A stretch of DNA of 64,000 bases from Candidatus Shapirobacteria bacterium (GCA_041665485.1 JBAYIT010000005.1:1974-65973); one strand, 5' to 3'; positions 39,335 to 48,781 are shown, counted from the first letter of the stretch. Numbers and translations: made by a program. The notes: a model not told the origin generated them from the letters alone.

Positions 39335-39913
39335 TTAATAAATAAAACTAAAAGTGGAGAGAATTTGATTAAATAAGGTACTCCATTTATTTTCGTACGC
39401 TTTACTGTAGATTGTTTGTATAGAAATACAGTATGTATCAGTGGAAATATTAATACTTCGGATTTTATCGGCTGGTTCATTGCTTAAGTATTCAATAACT
39501 GCTGGGTATTGGTTATTTAACTTAACTTGTTTGGTTAAAATCCCAACTGTTCCACGGGGTAGTTCTGAACATCTGTTGTTGTCGACAGTTATTAATAGCT
39601 TGATACCGGAAACTGTGTCGTATCCAAAGTTCTCATTGATAAATTTTTCTTCATAATCATTGGATTTAATTTCGATTCTTGATCCATTATCTAATCGCGA
39701 TGTTACTGGTTGAGAAAAGTTGTCTGGATATCTGATTTCGAAACTATATTGCTGGTTTTCGTAAGTTTTCCAAGATGTGATTGGAGTCGAAGTTGGGGTT
39801 GGTAAAACAGGGATTGGGGTGGTTTTGGGGATAAGTTGGTATTTACTACTAATCGAGGCAAGGAGGAGGACGATAAAAATGGCGGGGATGAAGAGGAAAA
39901 TAAACTTTGGCAT
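39335..39913 (-). CDS. Membrane-anchored PsbP-like surface protein (tandem paralog)
   Basis: N-terminus nearly identical to its neighbour; WKTYEN...IRYP...NQILSTFSF. Confidence 0.75.
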   Translation of the reverse strand: MPKFIFLFIPAIFIVLLLASISSKYQLIPKTTPIPVLPTPTSTPITSWKTYENQQYSFEIRYPDNFSQPVTSRLDNGSRIEIKSNDYEEKFINENFGYDTVSGIKLLITVDNNRCSELPRGTVGILTKQVKLNNQYPAVIEYLSNEPADKIRSINISTDTYCISIQTIYSKAYENKWSTLFNQILSTFSFIY

Positions 39914-40042
39914 TTAGGGACTTAAATAGTAATAACGGGAGAGAGTGAGGAGAAGGAGAACAAAAGCGGTGGCGAGAACTAAAAGGGGAAGTAGGGGAAA
40001 ATTTAATTTGTTAATGAGGGCAGGGCGGGTTTTTTTTACCAT
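39914..40042 (-). CDS. 42-aa single-TM peptide (not in ORF track)
   Basis: MVKKTRPALINKLNFPLLPLLVLATAFVLLLLTLSRYYYLSP; ATG overlaps the lon 3' end and its TAA abuts the next ATG. Confidence 0.6.
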   Translation of the reverse strand: MVKKTRPALINKLNFPLLPLLVLATAFVLLLLTLSRYYYLSP

Positions 40043-41094
40043 TGGGGGAGGAAATGTTTAACATTGCTTGAATCGACGATAATTTGTTTGGTTTGGCCGT
40101 CAAAAACCATTAGAGCAACTTTACGGCACATACCTTCAATATTGCGCTTAAGTGTGCGGACACCGGCGTCGAAGCCTAATGGCCTAACAATTTGAGGCCA
40201 AATTTCGGGATTAATTTTAATTTCGTCGGGAGAGAGGCCAGCGTCTTTGAGAGCTTTGGGGAGAAGATAATCTTTGCCGATGTTGACTTTTTCGTCATCG
40301 GTGTAAGAGGGCATCTGAATTACCTCAAGACGGTCCATGACGGCGGTGGCAATCCGAGCAGTGTTGTTGCAAGTGGAAACGAATAGGGCCTGGGACAGGT
40401 CGAAGGGATAATCCAAATAATGATCAGTAAATCGGCTGTTTTGCTCGGGGTCGAGGAGTTCAACAAGAACACCCATAATGGTATTGAGAGCGTCGTCGGC
40501 AACCCGGTCGATTTCGTCAAGAAGAATGACAGGATTATTAGTGCCAGCTTGAGCCAGGCCACGAATAATGGCCCCTGGCTCAGCGTTGGGGTAAACCCGA
40601 GATTGGCCTCTTAAATATAACGGGTCGCCCAAACCACCAAAGGGAATACGAATAAGTTCTCGCCCGAGAACCTCGGCAATCGACATGGCCATGGTGGTTT
40701 TGCCAGTACCGACCAAACCAACAAAAAGCATGATAGGGGCCCGCATTTTCTGATCTGGCTGACGGTGTTTTTGGAGAGCAAGAACGGAGACGTATTCCAA
40801 AATTCTTTCTTTGACGGCATCGAGGCCGTAATGATTTTTATTGAGCTTTTCTTTGGCAAAATTAATGTCGAGAACGTCTTGACTTTGATGATCCCAGGGA
40901 AGTTTGATGACCCATTCAACGTATTTGGAGGCAGATTGATAAAAGGCCCAAAAAGTTTCTTCTGATTTTGAATTAATCTCTAGTTCGGAAAAAAGCTCCC
41001 CTAGTTTATCTTTAAGGCCAACCGGAAGAGAGAGACTGCTAGCTTTGGCCGATAATTTTTCAATCGCTTCTTTAGTCGTCAAAACAGAATCCAT
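40036..41094 (-). CDS. Lon-type AAA+ ATPase lacking the N-domain and protease domain
   Basis: HYGLDAVKERILEY, GLVGTGKT, ILLDEID, LLDPEQNSRFTDHY, GVRTLKR; ends after the AAA lid. Confidence 0.88.
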   Translation of the reverse strand: MDSVLTTKEAIEKLSAKASSLSLPVGLKDKLGELFSELEINSKSEETFWAFYQSASKYVEWVIKLPWDHQSQDVLDINFAKEKLNKNHYGLDAVKERILEYVSVLALQKHRQPDQKMRAPIMLFVGLVGTGKTTMAMSIAEVLGRELIRIPFGGLGDPLYLRGQSRVYPNAEPGAIIRGLAQAGTNNPVILLDEIDRVADDALNTIMGVLVELLDPEQNSRFTDHYLDYPFDLSQALFVSTCNNTARIATAVMDRLEVIQMPSYTDDEKVNIGKDYLLPKALKDAGLSPDEIKINPEIWPQIVRPLGFDAGVRTLKRNIEGMCRKVALMVFDGQTKQIIVDSSNVKHFLPQW

Positions 41095-41117
41095 GATTCA
41101 GTATAGAACAAAACCTA

Positions 41118-41182
41118 CGTCATCGCGAGGCCAAAGGCCGTGGCGATCTCAACGGGATTGCTTCGCTACGCTCGCAATGACG
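41118..41182. repeat. Inverted pair of REP-like elements
   Basis: cgtcatcgcgag...gcgatctc / gggattgcttcgctacgctcgcaatgacg. Confidence 0.85.
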
Positions 41183-41188
41183 AAAAAC

Positions 41189-42390
41189 TATCTCCTCGGG
41201 GGGCGGAGGTCGGCGCGGAAACAAAAACTCTGAATCGGTGTGATATTATTCGTTTATATATATGCCTACTGACAAACTTCCTGAACTGTTTGGAAGAGAA
41301 GGTAATGAGGGTTTTGAGAGAGTCAGACCTTTTTGCTTAGATGTAGCAGATAGAGTAGATGCAGAATTAGCGACAAATAATGGTATTGTAGACCTACCAA
41401 CAATAACGGCATATAGTTATACTCTGTTGCTGGAAGGGGAGTATAGTGAGGGACTTAAAGCGATTTCATATACAAATCAACTTGATGATTATGCTAGAGG
41501 CGTATATGCTTTATCAGAAAAAAATGTTGGTAATGTGGCTGATCTTGGCTCCGAAGATAAGGCTTTATTGGCTTTAGTTCTGTCTATAAATTACTACCGA
41601 ATTGATAATGGCCACAAATATCAACTCAGTCATTTGAAACAGAATGAAGAATATTACCCGGGAAAAGATTTTAGAACTGGACTACAGATGGAAGAGACTT
41701 ACCTGGACCGGATCGGTGGCTGTCTTAGCTCTCTCGGTCTTGACCCAAACAGAACAGCTGATTACATTGCGAAGGCTGATGGCCAAGTACCATTTTCTAA
41801 ATGGCTAGTTCCTGGCGACATTATTGGGTTTGTAGAAGATCCGAGCAAATTTTTAAAGATAGCGCCAGCAAAACAAGAAGAAGTAGCGGTAGGTTTAGTT
41901 ACCCAGGACACAAAAGATACGTTTCCTTCGGTACATTCTCCCTACAGAGATGCAATGAGAAGGGCTATTGACGGATATCAAATAAAAGAAGAACGAGGGC
42001 GAGACCCTAATGTTTTTTTAAGAGAATCGAGGGCGGTAGCCAGAGTTATAAGTAAAAATGCCGATACAGAAACACTAAGACAAACGGGTATATGTTCTGA
42101 TAGCAAATCGATTGGTCGGGCGCTTGGTGATATTCGAAAGAATGGCTTGGTTGTTAACGGGTTGGATCTTGGTGGAGAAGGAAAAAAAAGATTAAGAGAT
42201 TTTCGGAAGGCGATTGTTTACGTTATGGATCCTAGTAGGTTGAAATTAGAAGAGGGAGAAAATCCAGCTGAAATTAGGAGTGTGTTTGAGGAATATTTAA
42301 GAGTACTTGACGAGGTAGGAGCAAAAAAATACAGTAAAGTGATGATTTAACCTCTTATTATCTCCTCGGGGGGCGGAGGTCGGCGCGGAA
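41189..42390. mobile_element. Single-gene islet integrated in the pnp 3' end (32-bp direct repeats)
   Basis: tatctcctcggggggcggaggtcggcgcggaa at 41189-41220 and 42359-42390. Confidence 0.75.
41262..42350 (+). CDS. Hypothetical protein (362 aa), cargo of the pnp islet
   Basis: Long ORF opposite to its neighbours; TGaTATTAT upstream; no motif recognised. Confidence 0.8.
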   Translation: MPTDKLPELFGREGNEGFERVRPFCLDVADRVDAELATNNGIVDLPTITAYSYTLLLEGEYSEGLKAISYTNQLDDYARGVYALSEKNVGNVADLGSEDKALLALVLSINYYRIDNGHKYQLSHLKQNEEYYPGKDFRTGLQMEETYLDRIGGCLSSLGLDPNRTADYIAKADGQVPFSKWLVPGDIIGFVEDPSKFLKIAPAKQEEVAVGLVTQDTKDTFPSVHSPYRDAMRRAIDGYQIKEERGRDPNVFLRESRAVARVISKNADTETLRQTGICSDSKSIGRALGDIRKNGLVVNGLDLGGEGKKRLRDFRKAIVYVMDPSRLKLEEGENPAEIRSVFEEYLRVLDEVGAKKYSKVMI

Positions 42391-44547
42391 GCGGCCAAAT
42401 TGGGGCCGGGGGCCGAAGTTAGCTTGAGACTCCCGGGGGCCATCGGTTGAACCAGGATGAGCAGATTTAAATTCCGGAGCAGATAACTTTATCTGATGAT
42501 TATCGTTGAAGCCGGAGACACGAACTTTAAGTTTGTCGCCGATTTTCATAATAGTGTTGGGGTCAGATAAAAAGCCACCAGTCATCTCGGAAACGTGAAG
42601 TAGGGCTTCACGGCCGGGAAGGAATTCAACAAAGGCGCCAAAATTTTCAATGCGGGTGACGGTGCCGTCAAACTCTTCGCCAACTTGGACTTCACGAACC
42701 ATCGATTCGATAGCAAAGACGGCTTTGTCAACATTGGCAATATCGGGCGAACAGACGGAAACCCGGCCATCGTCTTCAATGTCAATTTGAACTTGATATC
42801 TCTCCATTAAGGCTTTGATAGTTTTGCCACCACTGCCAACAACTTCGCCAATTTTTTCAACGGGAATGCGGACCATTTTAATTTTGGGGGCAAAAGGGGA
42901 AAGTTCGGCTTTGGGAGCAGTAATGGCTCTGTCCATAACATCAAGAATTTGGAGTCGGGCTTTAGTGGAAGCAACAAAAGTATCCCGAATCATGTCAAGA
43001 GAGAGGCCGGAGCGTTTGATGTCCAGCTGGATGGCAGTAATACCATCCCGAGTACCGGTAATTTTGAAATCCATGTCACCGTGATGATCTTCAATACCGG
43101 CAATGTCGGTTAAAAGCAAATATTTGCCACTGTCGTCGGAAACCATACCAACAGAAATACCGGCAACTTTGTTTTTGATGGGAACACCAGCATCCATTAA
43201 GGATAAAGTTGAACCACAAGTTGAGGCCATCGAAGATGAGCCGTTTTGAGACATAACTTCCGAAGTTAAGGTAATAGTGTAAGGAAACTCATCAACAGAA
43301 GGAATGACTGGCAAAAGAGCTTTTTCGGCCAAAGCTCCGTGGCCAATTTCCCGGCGGCCAGGGCGGCCGAAACGGCCGGTTTGACCGGTAGAAAATGGCG
43401 GAGCGGAGTAATAGTGAATATAGCGCTTAGTAGTTTCTCCTAAAGAATCCTGCAAATATTGTTGTTCGGATAGTGGGCCGAGAGTAGTAATAGTAACCGC
43501 TTGGGTTAAACCGCGTTGGAAAAGAGCCGAGCCATGAGTACAAGGTAAAACGCCGGTTTCAACGGAAACCGGGCGAATTTCGTCAAATCCACGTTTGTCG
43601 TAACGCTGGCCAGCAAGGGTCTGTTGACGGAAATAGCGGTGAATTAACAGGTCGAGAGCTTCCATCAAAAGGGACAGTTTAATTTCGCCTAATTTGATTT
43701 GAGGCTCGTAGGTGGATTCAACTTTTGATCTCAGAGCGATTTCGCCGGCAACATGGGCGCCGTCAGCGCCGGTAGCCATAAAGCTGGCAATATCATCTTT
43801 AAGTAAAGCATCAAGTTCAGAAATAAGACTCTCGGAGGGAGAACCGTTAATAAACTCAATTTTATTTTTACCGTATTTTTTAGCAAATTCAATCAATGAA
43901 GAATTGATTTGATCGCCAGTTTGGAAGGCAGTTTCCATACAAGCAAACATGGTGTCGTTATCAACTATCTGGGCGTCGGCTTCAATCATATTGATACCCT
44001 GACTATCGCGACAAACAAGAAGATCAAGACTGGATTTTAAACTTTCACTAATACTGGGGAATAAAGCCGGCTGGCCGTCAATATGACCAACTCGAACAGC
44101 AGAAACCGGGCCATTGAAAGGAATGTCAGAAATCATTAAAGCAGCGCTGGTGGCCAAAAAGGCGGGAACAACTACGTCGTGGTCTTTATCATTACTTAAA
44201 ACAGTAGCAATGACTTGAACTTCGTTTTTGAAACCAGAGGGAAAAAGAGGGCGGATGGCGCGATCAATAATCCGGCCAAAAAGGACGGCGGTGTCGGAAG
44301 GGCCACCTTCACGTTTAATCCATTTACCACCTTTGATAAAACCACCGGCATAAAGTTTGTCGGAAAATTCAACTGAAAGAGGAAAGTAATCTTTGGTTTC
44401 ATCGAGAGCTCCAAGGGTAACGGTGGCTAAAACAACGGTTTTGCCAAAAGTGGCTAAAACCGAGCCGTTAGCTTGAGGAGCGAGAGTGCCGGTTGAAAGG
44501 GTAACGATTTTGTTCCCAACAGAAATATCAAAGGAGTTGTTGTTCAT
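42358..44547 (-). CDS. pnp: Polyribonucleotide nucleotidyltransferase
   Basis: RIIDRAIRPLF, HGSALFQRG, RREIGHGALAE, NGSSSMAS, GDMDFK, KH and S1 domains. Confidence 0.98.
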   Translation of the reverse strand: MNNNSFDISVGNKIVTLSTGTLAPQANGSVLATFGKTVVLATVTLGALDETKDYFPLSVEFSDKLYAGGFIKGGKWIKREGGPSDTAVLFGRIIDRAIRPLFPSGFKNEVQVIATVLSNDKDHDVVVPAFLATSAALMISDIPFNGPVSAVRVGHIDGQPALFPSISESLKSSLDLLVCRDSQGINMIEADAQIVDNDTMFACMETAFQTGDQINSSLIEFAKKYGKNKIEFINGSPSESLISELDALLKDDIASFMATGADGAHVAGEIALRSKVESTYEPQIKLGEIKLSLLMEALDLLIHRYFRQQTLAGQRYDKRGFDEIRPVSVETGVLPCTHGSALFQRGLTQAVTITTLGPLSEQQYLQDSLGETTKRYIHYYSAPPFSTGQTGRFGRPGRREIGHGALAEKALLPVIPSVDEFPYTITLTSEVMSQNGSSSMASTCGSTLSLMDAGVPIKNKVAGISVGMVSDDSGKYLLLTDIAGIEDHHGDMDFKITGTRDGITAIQLDIKRSGLSLDMIRDTFVASTKARLQILDVMDRAITAPKAELSPFAPKIKMVRIPVEKIGEVVGSGGKTIKALMERYQVQIDIEDDGRVSVCSPDIANVDKAVFAIESMVREVQVGEEFDGTVTRIENFGAFVEFLPGREALLHVSEMTGGFLSDPNTIMKIGDKLKVRVSGFNDNHQIKLSAPEFKSAHPGSTDGPRESQANFGPRPQFGRFRADLRPPRR

Positions 44548-44551
44548 AAAT

Positions 44552-44821
44552 TTATTTTTTCAAACCGAGATCTTTAATTAATTTAGCGTATCTTTCTGGG
44601 CTATGTTCGGAAAGATAACGAAGCAGACGACGGCGTTTGGCAATTTTGCTTAATAATCCCCTTTTGGCGGGAGAATCGTGCTTGTTGTCGCCCAAGTGGC
44701 CTTGAAGCTTTTCAATCTCTTTAGTAAGAATTGCAACTTGGATTTCCGGAGAACCAGTGTCGCCCTTAGCTTGAGAAAACTTGGTAACGATGGCGGTTTT
44801 TTCGTCTTTAGTTAATGCCAT
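44552..44821 (-). CDS. rpsO: 30S ribosomal protein S15
   Basis: DTGSPEIQVAILT...KRRRLLRYL. Confidence 0.97.
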   Translation of the reverse strand: MALTKDEKTAIVTKFSQAKGDTGSPEIQVAILTKEIEKLQGHLGDNKHDSPAKRGLLSKIAKRRRLLRYLSEHSPERYAKLIKDLGLKK

Positions 44822-44830
44822 AAAATTTAG

Positions 44831-44903
44831 CTAAATTCGGTAAAAAAGTAATCGTTTGGGGATGGCTCCCCAAAGACCGAGTTTAGTTACAGGAGGGATT
44901 ATA
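44831..44903 (-). promoter_or_regulatory. rpsO promoter and structured leader (candidate S15 autoregulatory RNA)
   Basis: TATAAT; outer stem CTAAACTCGGT/ACCGAATTTAG enclosing TTTGGGGA-GCCA-TCCCCAAA. Confidence 0.6.
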
Positions 44904-44932
44904 ACATAAGATCAAAGATCAAATCTCAAAAA

Positions 44933-45160
44933 TCAAAAACTTGACACTAGATTTTTTCTGCCTGCAATTGCCGTGAGGTTAACTCCAACGTCTTTTGGTT
45001 GTCTCAATCCAAAGCCGATAAGAGATTCTAAGGGGGTTTGTTCCCTTAATAAATTATGTGATGGTAATCCGTAATGGTGAGCTTCACCAGGAGAAAAAAC
45101 GCGAACTAGCTCACGTTTAGACCCAAAAAAACCGAGAATTCCGTTGATCTCACGAAGCAT
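44933..45160 (-). CDS. Small hypothetical protein
   Basis: 75-aa ORF in operon orientation; ends in a 7-bp repeat tract (44908-44938). Confidence 0.5.
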   Translation of the reverse strand: MLREINGILGFFGSKRELVRVFSPGEAHHYGLPSHNLLREQTPLESLIGFGLRQPKDVGVNLTAIAGRKNLVSSF

Positions 45161-45166
45161 ATTTAT

Positions 45167-45427
45167 TTAAGCAGTGGGGGTAATGGTAAACGTTGCACCT
45201 CGCTTAAACATACAACCATCGCAATCATTGGCAAACTCTGGATGGACTTCGGGAATAAGACATCTAACTGTCAAGGTTAAATTAGGATCACCCATCATTC
45301 CGACCGATATTTCATCTCTGTGAACAATCCCTGAAGCAGCGCAAGGTTGATTACTTAAACGTCGAACAAGACCGGCGGCAATCAATTCTTCGGGGGTGGA
45401 TTTTGGATTAGAAATTGTTTCGGGCAT
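45167..45427 (-). CDS. Small Cys-containing hypothetical protein
   Basis: 86 aa, C...C...CDGC. Confidence 0.55.
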   Translation of the reverse strand: MPETISNPKSTPEELIAAGLVRRLSNQPCAASGIVHRDEISVGMMGDPNLTLTVRCLIPEVHPEFANDCDGCMFKRGATFTITPTA

Positions 45428-45445
45428 AATTGATTATTGTTTTTT

Positions 45446-46285
45446 TTAAGCTGTGGGGGGGGTAGAGGTACCGGAGGGGGAGAAGGTGCCACCATTATTA
45501 TTAATAAAGGCGGGTTTGGATTCGACGGCTTCGATAGGAGTGGGATTAATTACCGGCTGGGAGAGGCCATTGCCGGGGGCAACTGGCATTTCCGGCTGAG
45601 TGGCTCGGAGGCAGATAGCGCCGGCTTCAAAACTTTCCGGAGAAACATTAATAGAGAAGGACTGGGTAGCAACCCGAAGGCCAATGAGAAGATCTTTGCC
45701 AATATCGGCATTAAGACTTAGCCCAAGCATGGGTAATAAGAAAGTGAAGATTTCGGAAAAGGGAGCGTCGGGGTCAATAATTGAAGCTTTGGCCCAAGAC
45801 TTTTGAACATTAACGGGAGAAACAAAAACCCAGTTGCCTCGATTGACAATTGATGCGTTGGGGCCAAGAGAGCCTTCGTCGCCGAGCATAAAACAAATGT
45901 CAGCCACGGCCGACTGATTGTTGATACTAATTTGATTATTGTCGATTTGAGGCCCAGTGGATTTGGTTTTGACAACCAAGTTCAATTTTCCACCGTCGTC
46001 ATTGTAAGAAACCTGATCGATTTGATCGAGGGGATAAGTTAGGGAAATAACCAGGTCACTACCGCTAAAACTATCGCTTATTAGCTCTAATCCACTAAGT
46101 TTGGAATAATTTTGATCGGTTTTTTGGGGAGAGTAAACTTTAGCCTCAATATTCTTTTGTTTAAGGGAAAGGGCTAAGCCCAGGGCGGCGCCAACACTAT
46201 CAACACTAATTTGAGGAACAACAATGAGAGCAGTTTTGGCAGTGGAAAGAAGTGGGCTAATGGAAGAAACGTTATAATTTTTCAT
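45446..46285 (-). CDS. Degenerate DHH/NrnA-like protein
   Basis: NrnA-like N-terminus (VDSVGAALGL) and position after infB; no DHH triad visible. Confidence 0.6.
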   Translation of the reverse strand: MKNYNVSSISPLLSTAKTALIVVPQISVDSVGAALGLALSLKQKNIEAKVYSPQKTDQNYSKLSGLELISDSFSGSDLVISLTYPLDQIDQVSYNDDGGKLNLVVKTKSTGPQIDNNQISINNQSAVADICFMLGDEGSLGPNASIVNRGNWVFVSPVNVQKSWAKASIIDPDAPFSEIFTFLLPMLGLSLNADIGKDLLIGLRVATQSFSINVSPESFEAGAICLRATQPEMPVAPGNGLSQPVINPTPIEAVESKPAFINNNGGTFSPSGTSTPPTA

Positions 46286-47729
46286 CCTTATAGGCTATTA
46301 TAGCATCGTTTATAGCAAAATCAACATAGGGCTTAAAAGTCAGGCCACATTCATTACCCATTTTGATTTCTTCAACGACGTTTTTGCCTTGTCTGATACC
46401 CTCGATTTTGGTGTCTTTAATTATTTTACCGTCGCGACTTAAATGAACCTGATCACCTTTGGCCAAGCGACCTTTGGTAATTTCAAGGCCAGCAATCCTA
46501 ACCTTGTCGATTTTGAATTCGGCGGTGATTTTGGCTTCACCAAGAGTAGTTTCTTCGATAGTTGGGTCAAGAAGCTTGAGAACCTGAGACTGAATGTTTT
46601 CAATGATTTCGTAGATTATTTTAGATTCAAAGATAGGTACTTTTTCATTATCAGCTAGGTTTTTGATAAAGCGGGGAACAGAAACATTAAAAGCAAATAT
46701 TTGAGCACGACTTGGAGAAGCCAAAAAAACATCATTATCGGTTACGGCTCCAATACCTTGAGAAAGGATAATGACATCGTCTGAAAGTGAGGCTTTGAGG
46801 GCTTCGAGAGTACCTTCAACATCTGCCTTGAGAACTATTTTAAGTTTGGGAGTGTCGGAGATAGTGGGTGAAATTGTTTGATTTTCGACTTTAGAAAGTA
46901 ATGGAGTACTTTCTGTTTTTTGGGAAGAGATAATTGACCCAACTGAAGGCACTTCTTCAAAGCCAAGGATTTCTAGCGGGTCGCCGGGGAGAGCAATATT
47001 AATTTTTTGGCCGTCGGTGCCAGTCATAGCTTTAATCCGGCAGACAATGTTGCCGGCGTAAATAGTATCTCCGACGGTCATTTTTCCTGTTTTAACGATG
47101 ACTGAAGCGATTGGACCGCAGGACTTATCGAGGCGAGATTCGTAAATGAAAGCGGAAAGTGGCGAAGTGGCTCCGTCGGTTAGCTCCATAACATCGGCGT
47201 GAAGTAAAATTGATTCGAGCAATTTATCAACTCCCTGGCCGGTTTTGGCTGAAACAGGAATTAAGGCGACTTGGCCACCATATTCTTCAGGAGTTAGCCC
47301 GGCTTCAACCAATTGGCCCTTAATTTTTTCCGGCTGGCTATTTTCAAGATCAATTTTGTTCATGGCAACAATGACAGGGACGCCGGCTTTAGTGATCTCT
47401 TTTATACACTCCTTTGTTTGAGCCATAACACCGTCGACGGCAGAAATTACCAAAACAACCAGATCAGTGGTTTGAGCACCGCGAACACGCATTTGGCAGA
47501 AGGCTGCATGGCCGGGAGTGTCGATAAAGGTAATAGAACGAGGACTGCCGGAAGTGGACTTGACTTGGGTTTTGTAAGCAGAGATATGTTGGGTAATGCC
47601 GCCAAATTCTCGTTTAGTAACGTTGGCACTGCGAATTCGGTCTAAAAGGCTAGTTTTGCCATGGTCAATGTGGCCCATAACGGCGACAATAGGCGGACGA
47701 AATTGGTCGGTTTTGACTTGATTGGGCAT
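46272..47729 (-). CDS. infB: Translation initiation factor IF-2 (no N-terminal domain)
   Basis: RPPIVAVMGHIDHGKTSLLD, GGITQHI, DTPGHAAF, NKID. Confidence 0.97.
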   Translation of the reverse strand: MPNQVKTDQFRPPIVAVMGHIDHGKTSLLDRIRSANVTKREFGGITQHISAYKTQVKSTSGSPRSITFIDTPGHAAFCQMRVRGAQTTDLVVLVISAVDGVMAQTKECIKEITKAGVPVIVAMNKIDLENSQPEKIKGQLVEAGLTPEEYGGQVALIPVSAKTGQGVDKLLESILLHADVMELTDGATSPLSAFIYESRLDKSCGPIASVIVKTGKMTVGDTIYAGNIVCRIKAMTGTDGQKINIALPGDPLEILGFEEVPSVGSIISSQKTESTPLLSKVENQTISPTISDTPKLKIVLKADVEGTLEALKASLSDDVIILSQGIGAVTDNDVFLASPSRAQIFAFNVSVPRFIKNLADNEKVPIFESKIIYEIIENIQSQVLKLLDPTIEETTLGEAKITAEFKIDKVRIAGLEITKGRLAKGDQVHLSRDGKIIKDTKIEGIRQGKNVVEEIKMGNECGLTFKPYVDFAINDAIIAYKDEKL

Positions 47730-47740
47730 ATTCGTATTTA

Positions 47741-47781
47741 CGTCATTGCGAGGAATTCTAATTTACGACGAAGCAATGACG
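47741..47781. repeat. REP-like palindrome between nusA and infB
   Basis: cgtcattgc...gcaatgacg. Confidence 0.75.
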
Positions 47782-47782
47782 T

Positions 47783-48769
47783 TTAGGTTTTTTCGGCTTG
47801 AACTTTGATTTCAACTCCGGCTAAAATTCCAGCTAAATGGACGTTGTCACCACCGGAACCAATAGCCAAGGCTAATTGATTTTCAGGAACGGTGACAAAA
47901 GCAGTTCCGTTTTCGACAGAAACAACCTTAACACCTTCAGCCGGTGATAAGGCCTGGGCAATAAATTGAGACAGATTTTTGGAGAATTGAATAACATCAA
48001 CCTTCTCTTCATGGGAAAGTTCGCCAAGAATTGACTGAACGCGGGAGCCTTTTTGACCAATACAGGAACCAATTGGGTCGATCCCGGCTTCCTTGGAAGA
48101 GACAGCAACTTTAGTTCTGACGCCGGCGTTGCGGGCAATTTTTTCAACAATAACGGAACGATTGCCAACTTCGGGAACTTCCCTAGCAAAGAGCTGTTTT
48201 ATAAATTCGGGGTCACGGCGGGAAAGAATAATATCGCTTCGGCCACTTTCGTCTTTAATAATATCCTTAATAAGGAAGAGTTTTTTATCGCCAACGGCCA
48301 AGTCTTCAGCTTTAACCTGTTCTTCACGGGGGCAAATGGCCTCAATTCGACCGACGCCAACAGTTTGTTTGAATCCGTCAATTTTGAGAATGGTGCCAGA
48401 AATCAGGGCGCCAATTTTCTTTCGATATTCAGTTAAAATGGTTTCTTTTTCGGCCTCATGAATGCTTTGATCAATAACTTGTTTGGCAGTCTGGGCAGCG
48501 ATGCGACCAAAGCCGGGAGGAGTAACATCTTTTCTTTTGTCGTCGTCGACTTCAACTATCTTAAAAGACCCTGTTTCCGGGGAGAGTTCGGCTTCAAATT
48601 TAGTTTCTTCATCAATAATTGTTCCGTGTTCTTTTTGGTCACGCTTGTAAGCAGAAATTAGGCCAAGCTCGATGGAATCCAAAATTAACTGAACATCAAT
48701 GTTTCTTTCGCCGGCAATTTGAGCAACGGCGGCGGCAAACTCGGTTTTAGGTAATTTTTTTAAATCCAT
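47783..48769 (-). CDS. nusA: Transcription factor NusA
   Basis: FGRIAAQTAKQV, IDPIGSCIGQKGSRV, LALAIGSGG. Confidence 0.97.
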   Translation of the reverse strand: MDLKKLPKTEFAAAVAQIAGERNIDVQLILDSIELGLISAYKRDQKEHGTIIDEETKFEAELSPETGSFKIVEVDDDKRKDVTPPGFGRIAAQTAKQVIDQSIHEAEKETILTEYRKKIGALISGTILKIDGFKQTVGVGRIEAICPREEQVKAEDLAVGDKKLFLIKDIIKDESGRSDIILSRRDPEFIKQLFAREVPEVGNRSVIVEKIARNAGVRTKVAVSSKEAGIDPIGSCIGQKGSRVQSILGELSHEEKVDVIQFSKNLSQFIAQALSPAEGVKVVSVENGTAFVTVPENQLALAIGSGGDNVHLAGILAGVEIKVQAEKT

Positions 48770-48781
48770 ATTTTGTTGAGC

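Noticed and set aside
18937-39913. Diversity-generating retroelement behind the variable surface proteins
   Set aside because: No reverse transcriptase and no template/variable repeat pair with adenine-specific differences in the window.
41045-41340. Short plus-strand ORFs of 62 and 66 aa
   Set aside because: They read through the REP pair and the duplicated pnp end, with no coding signature.
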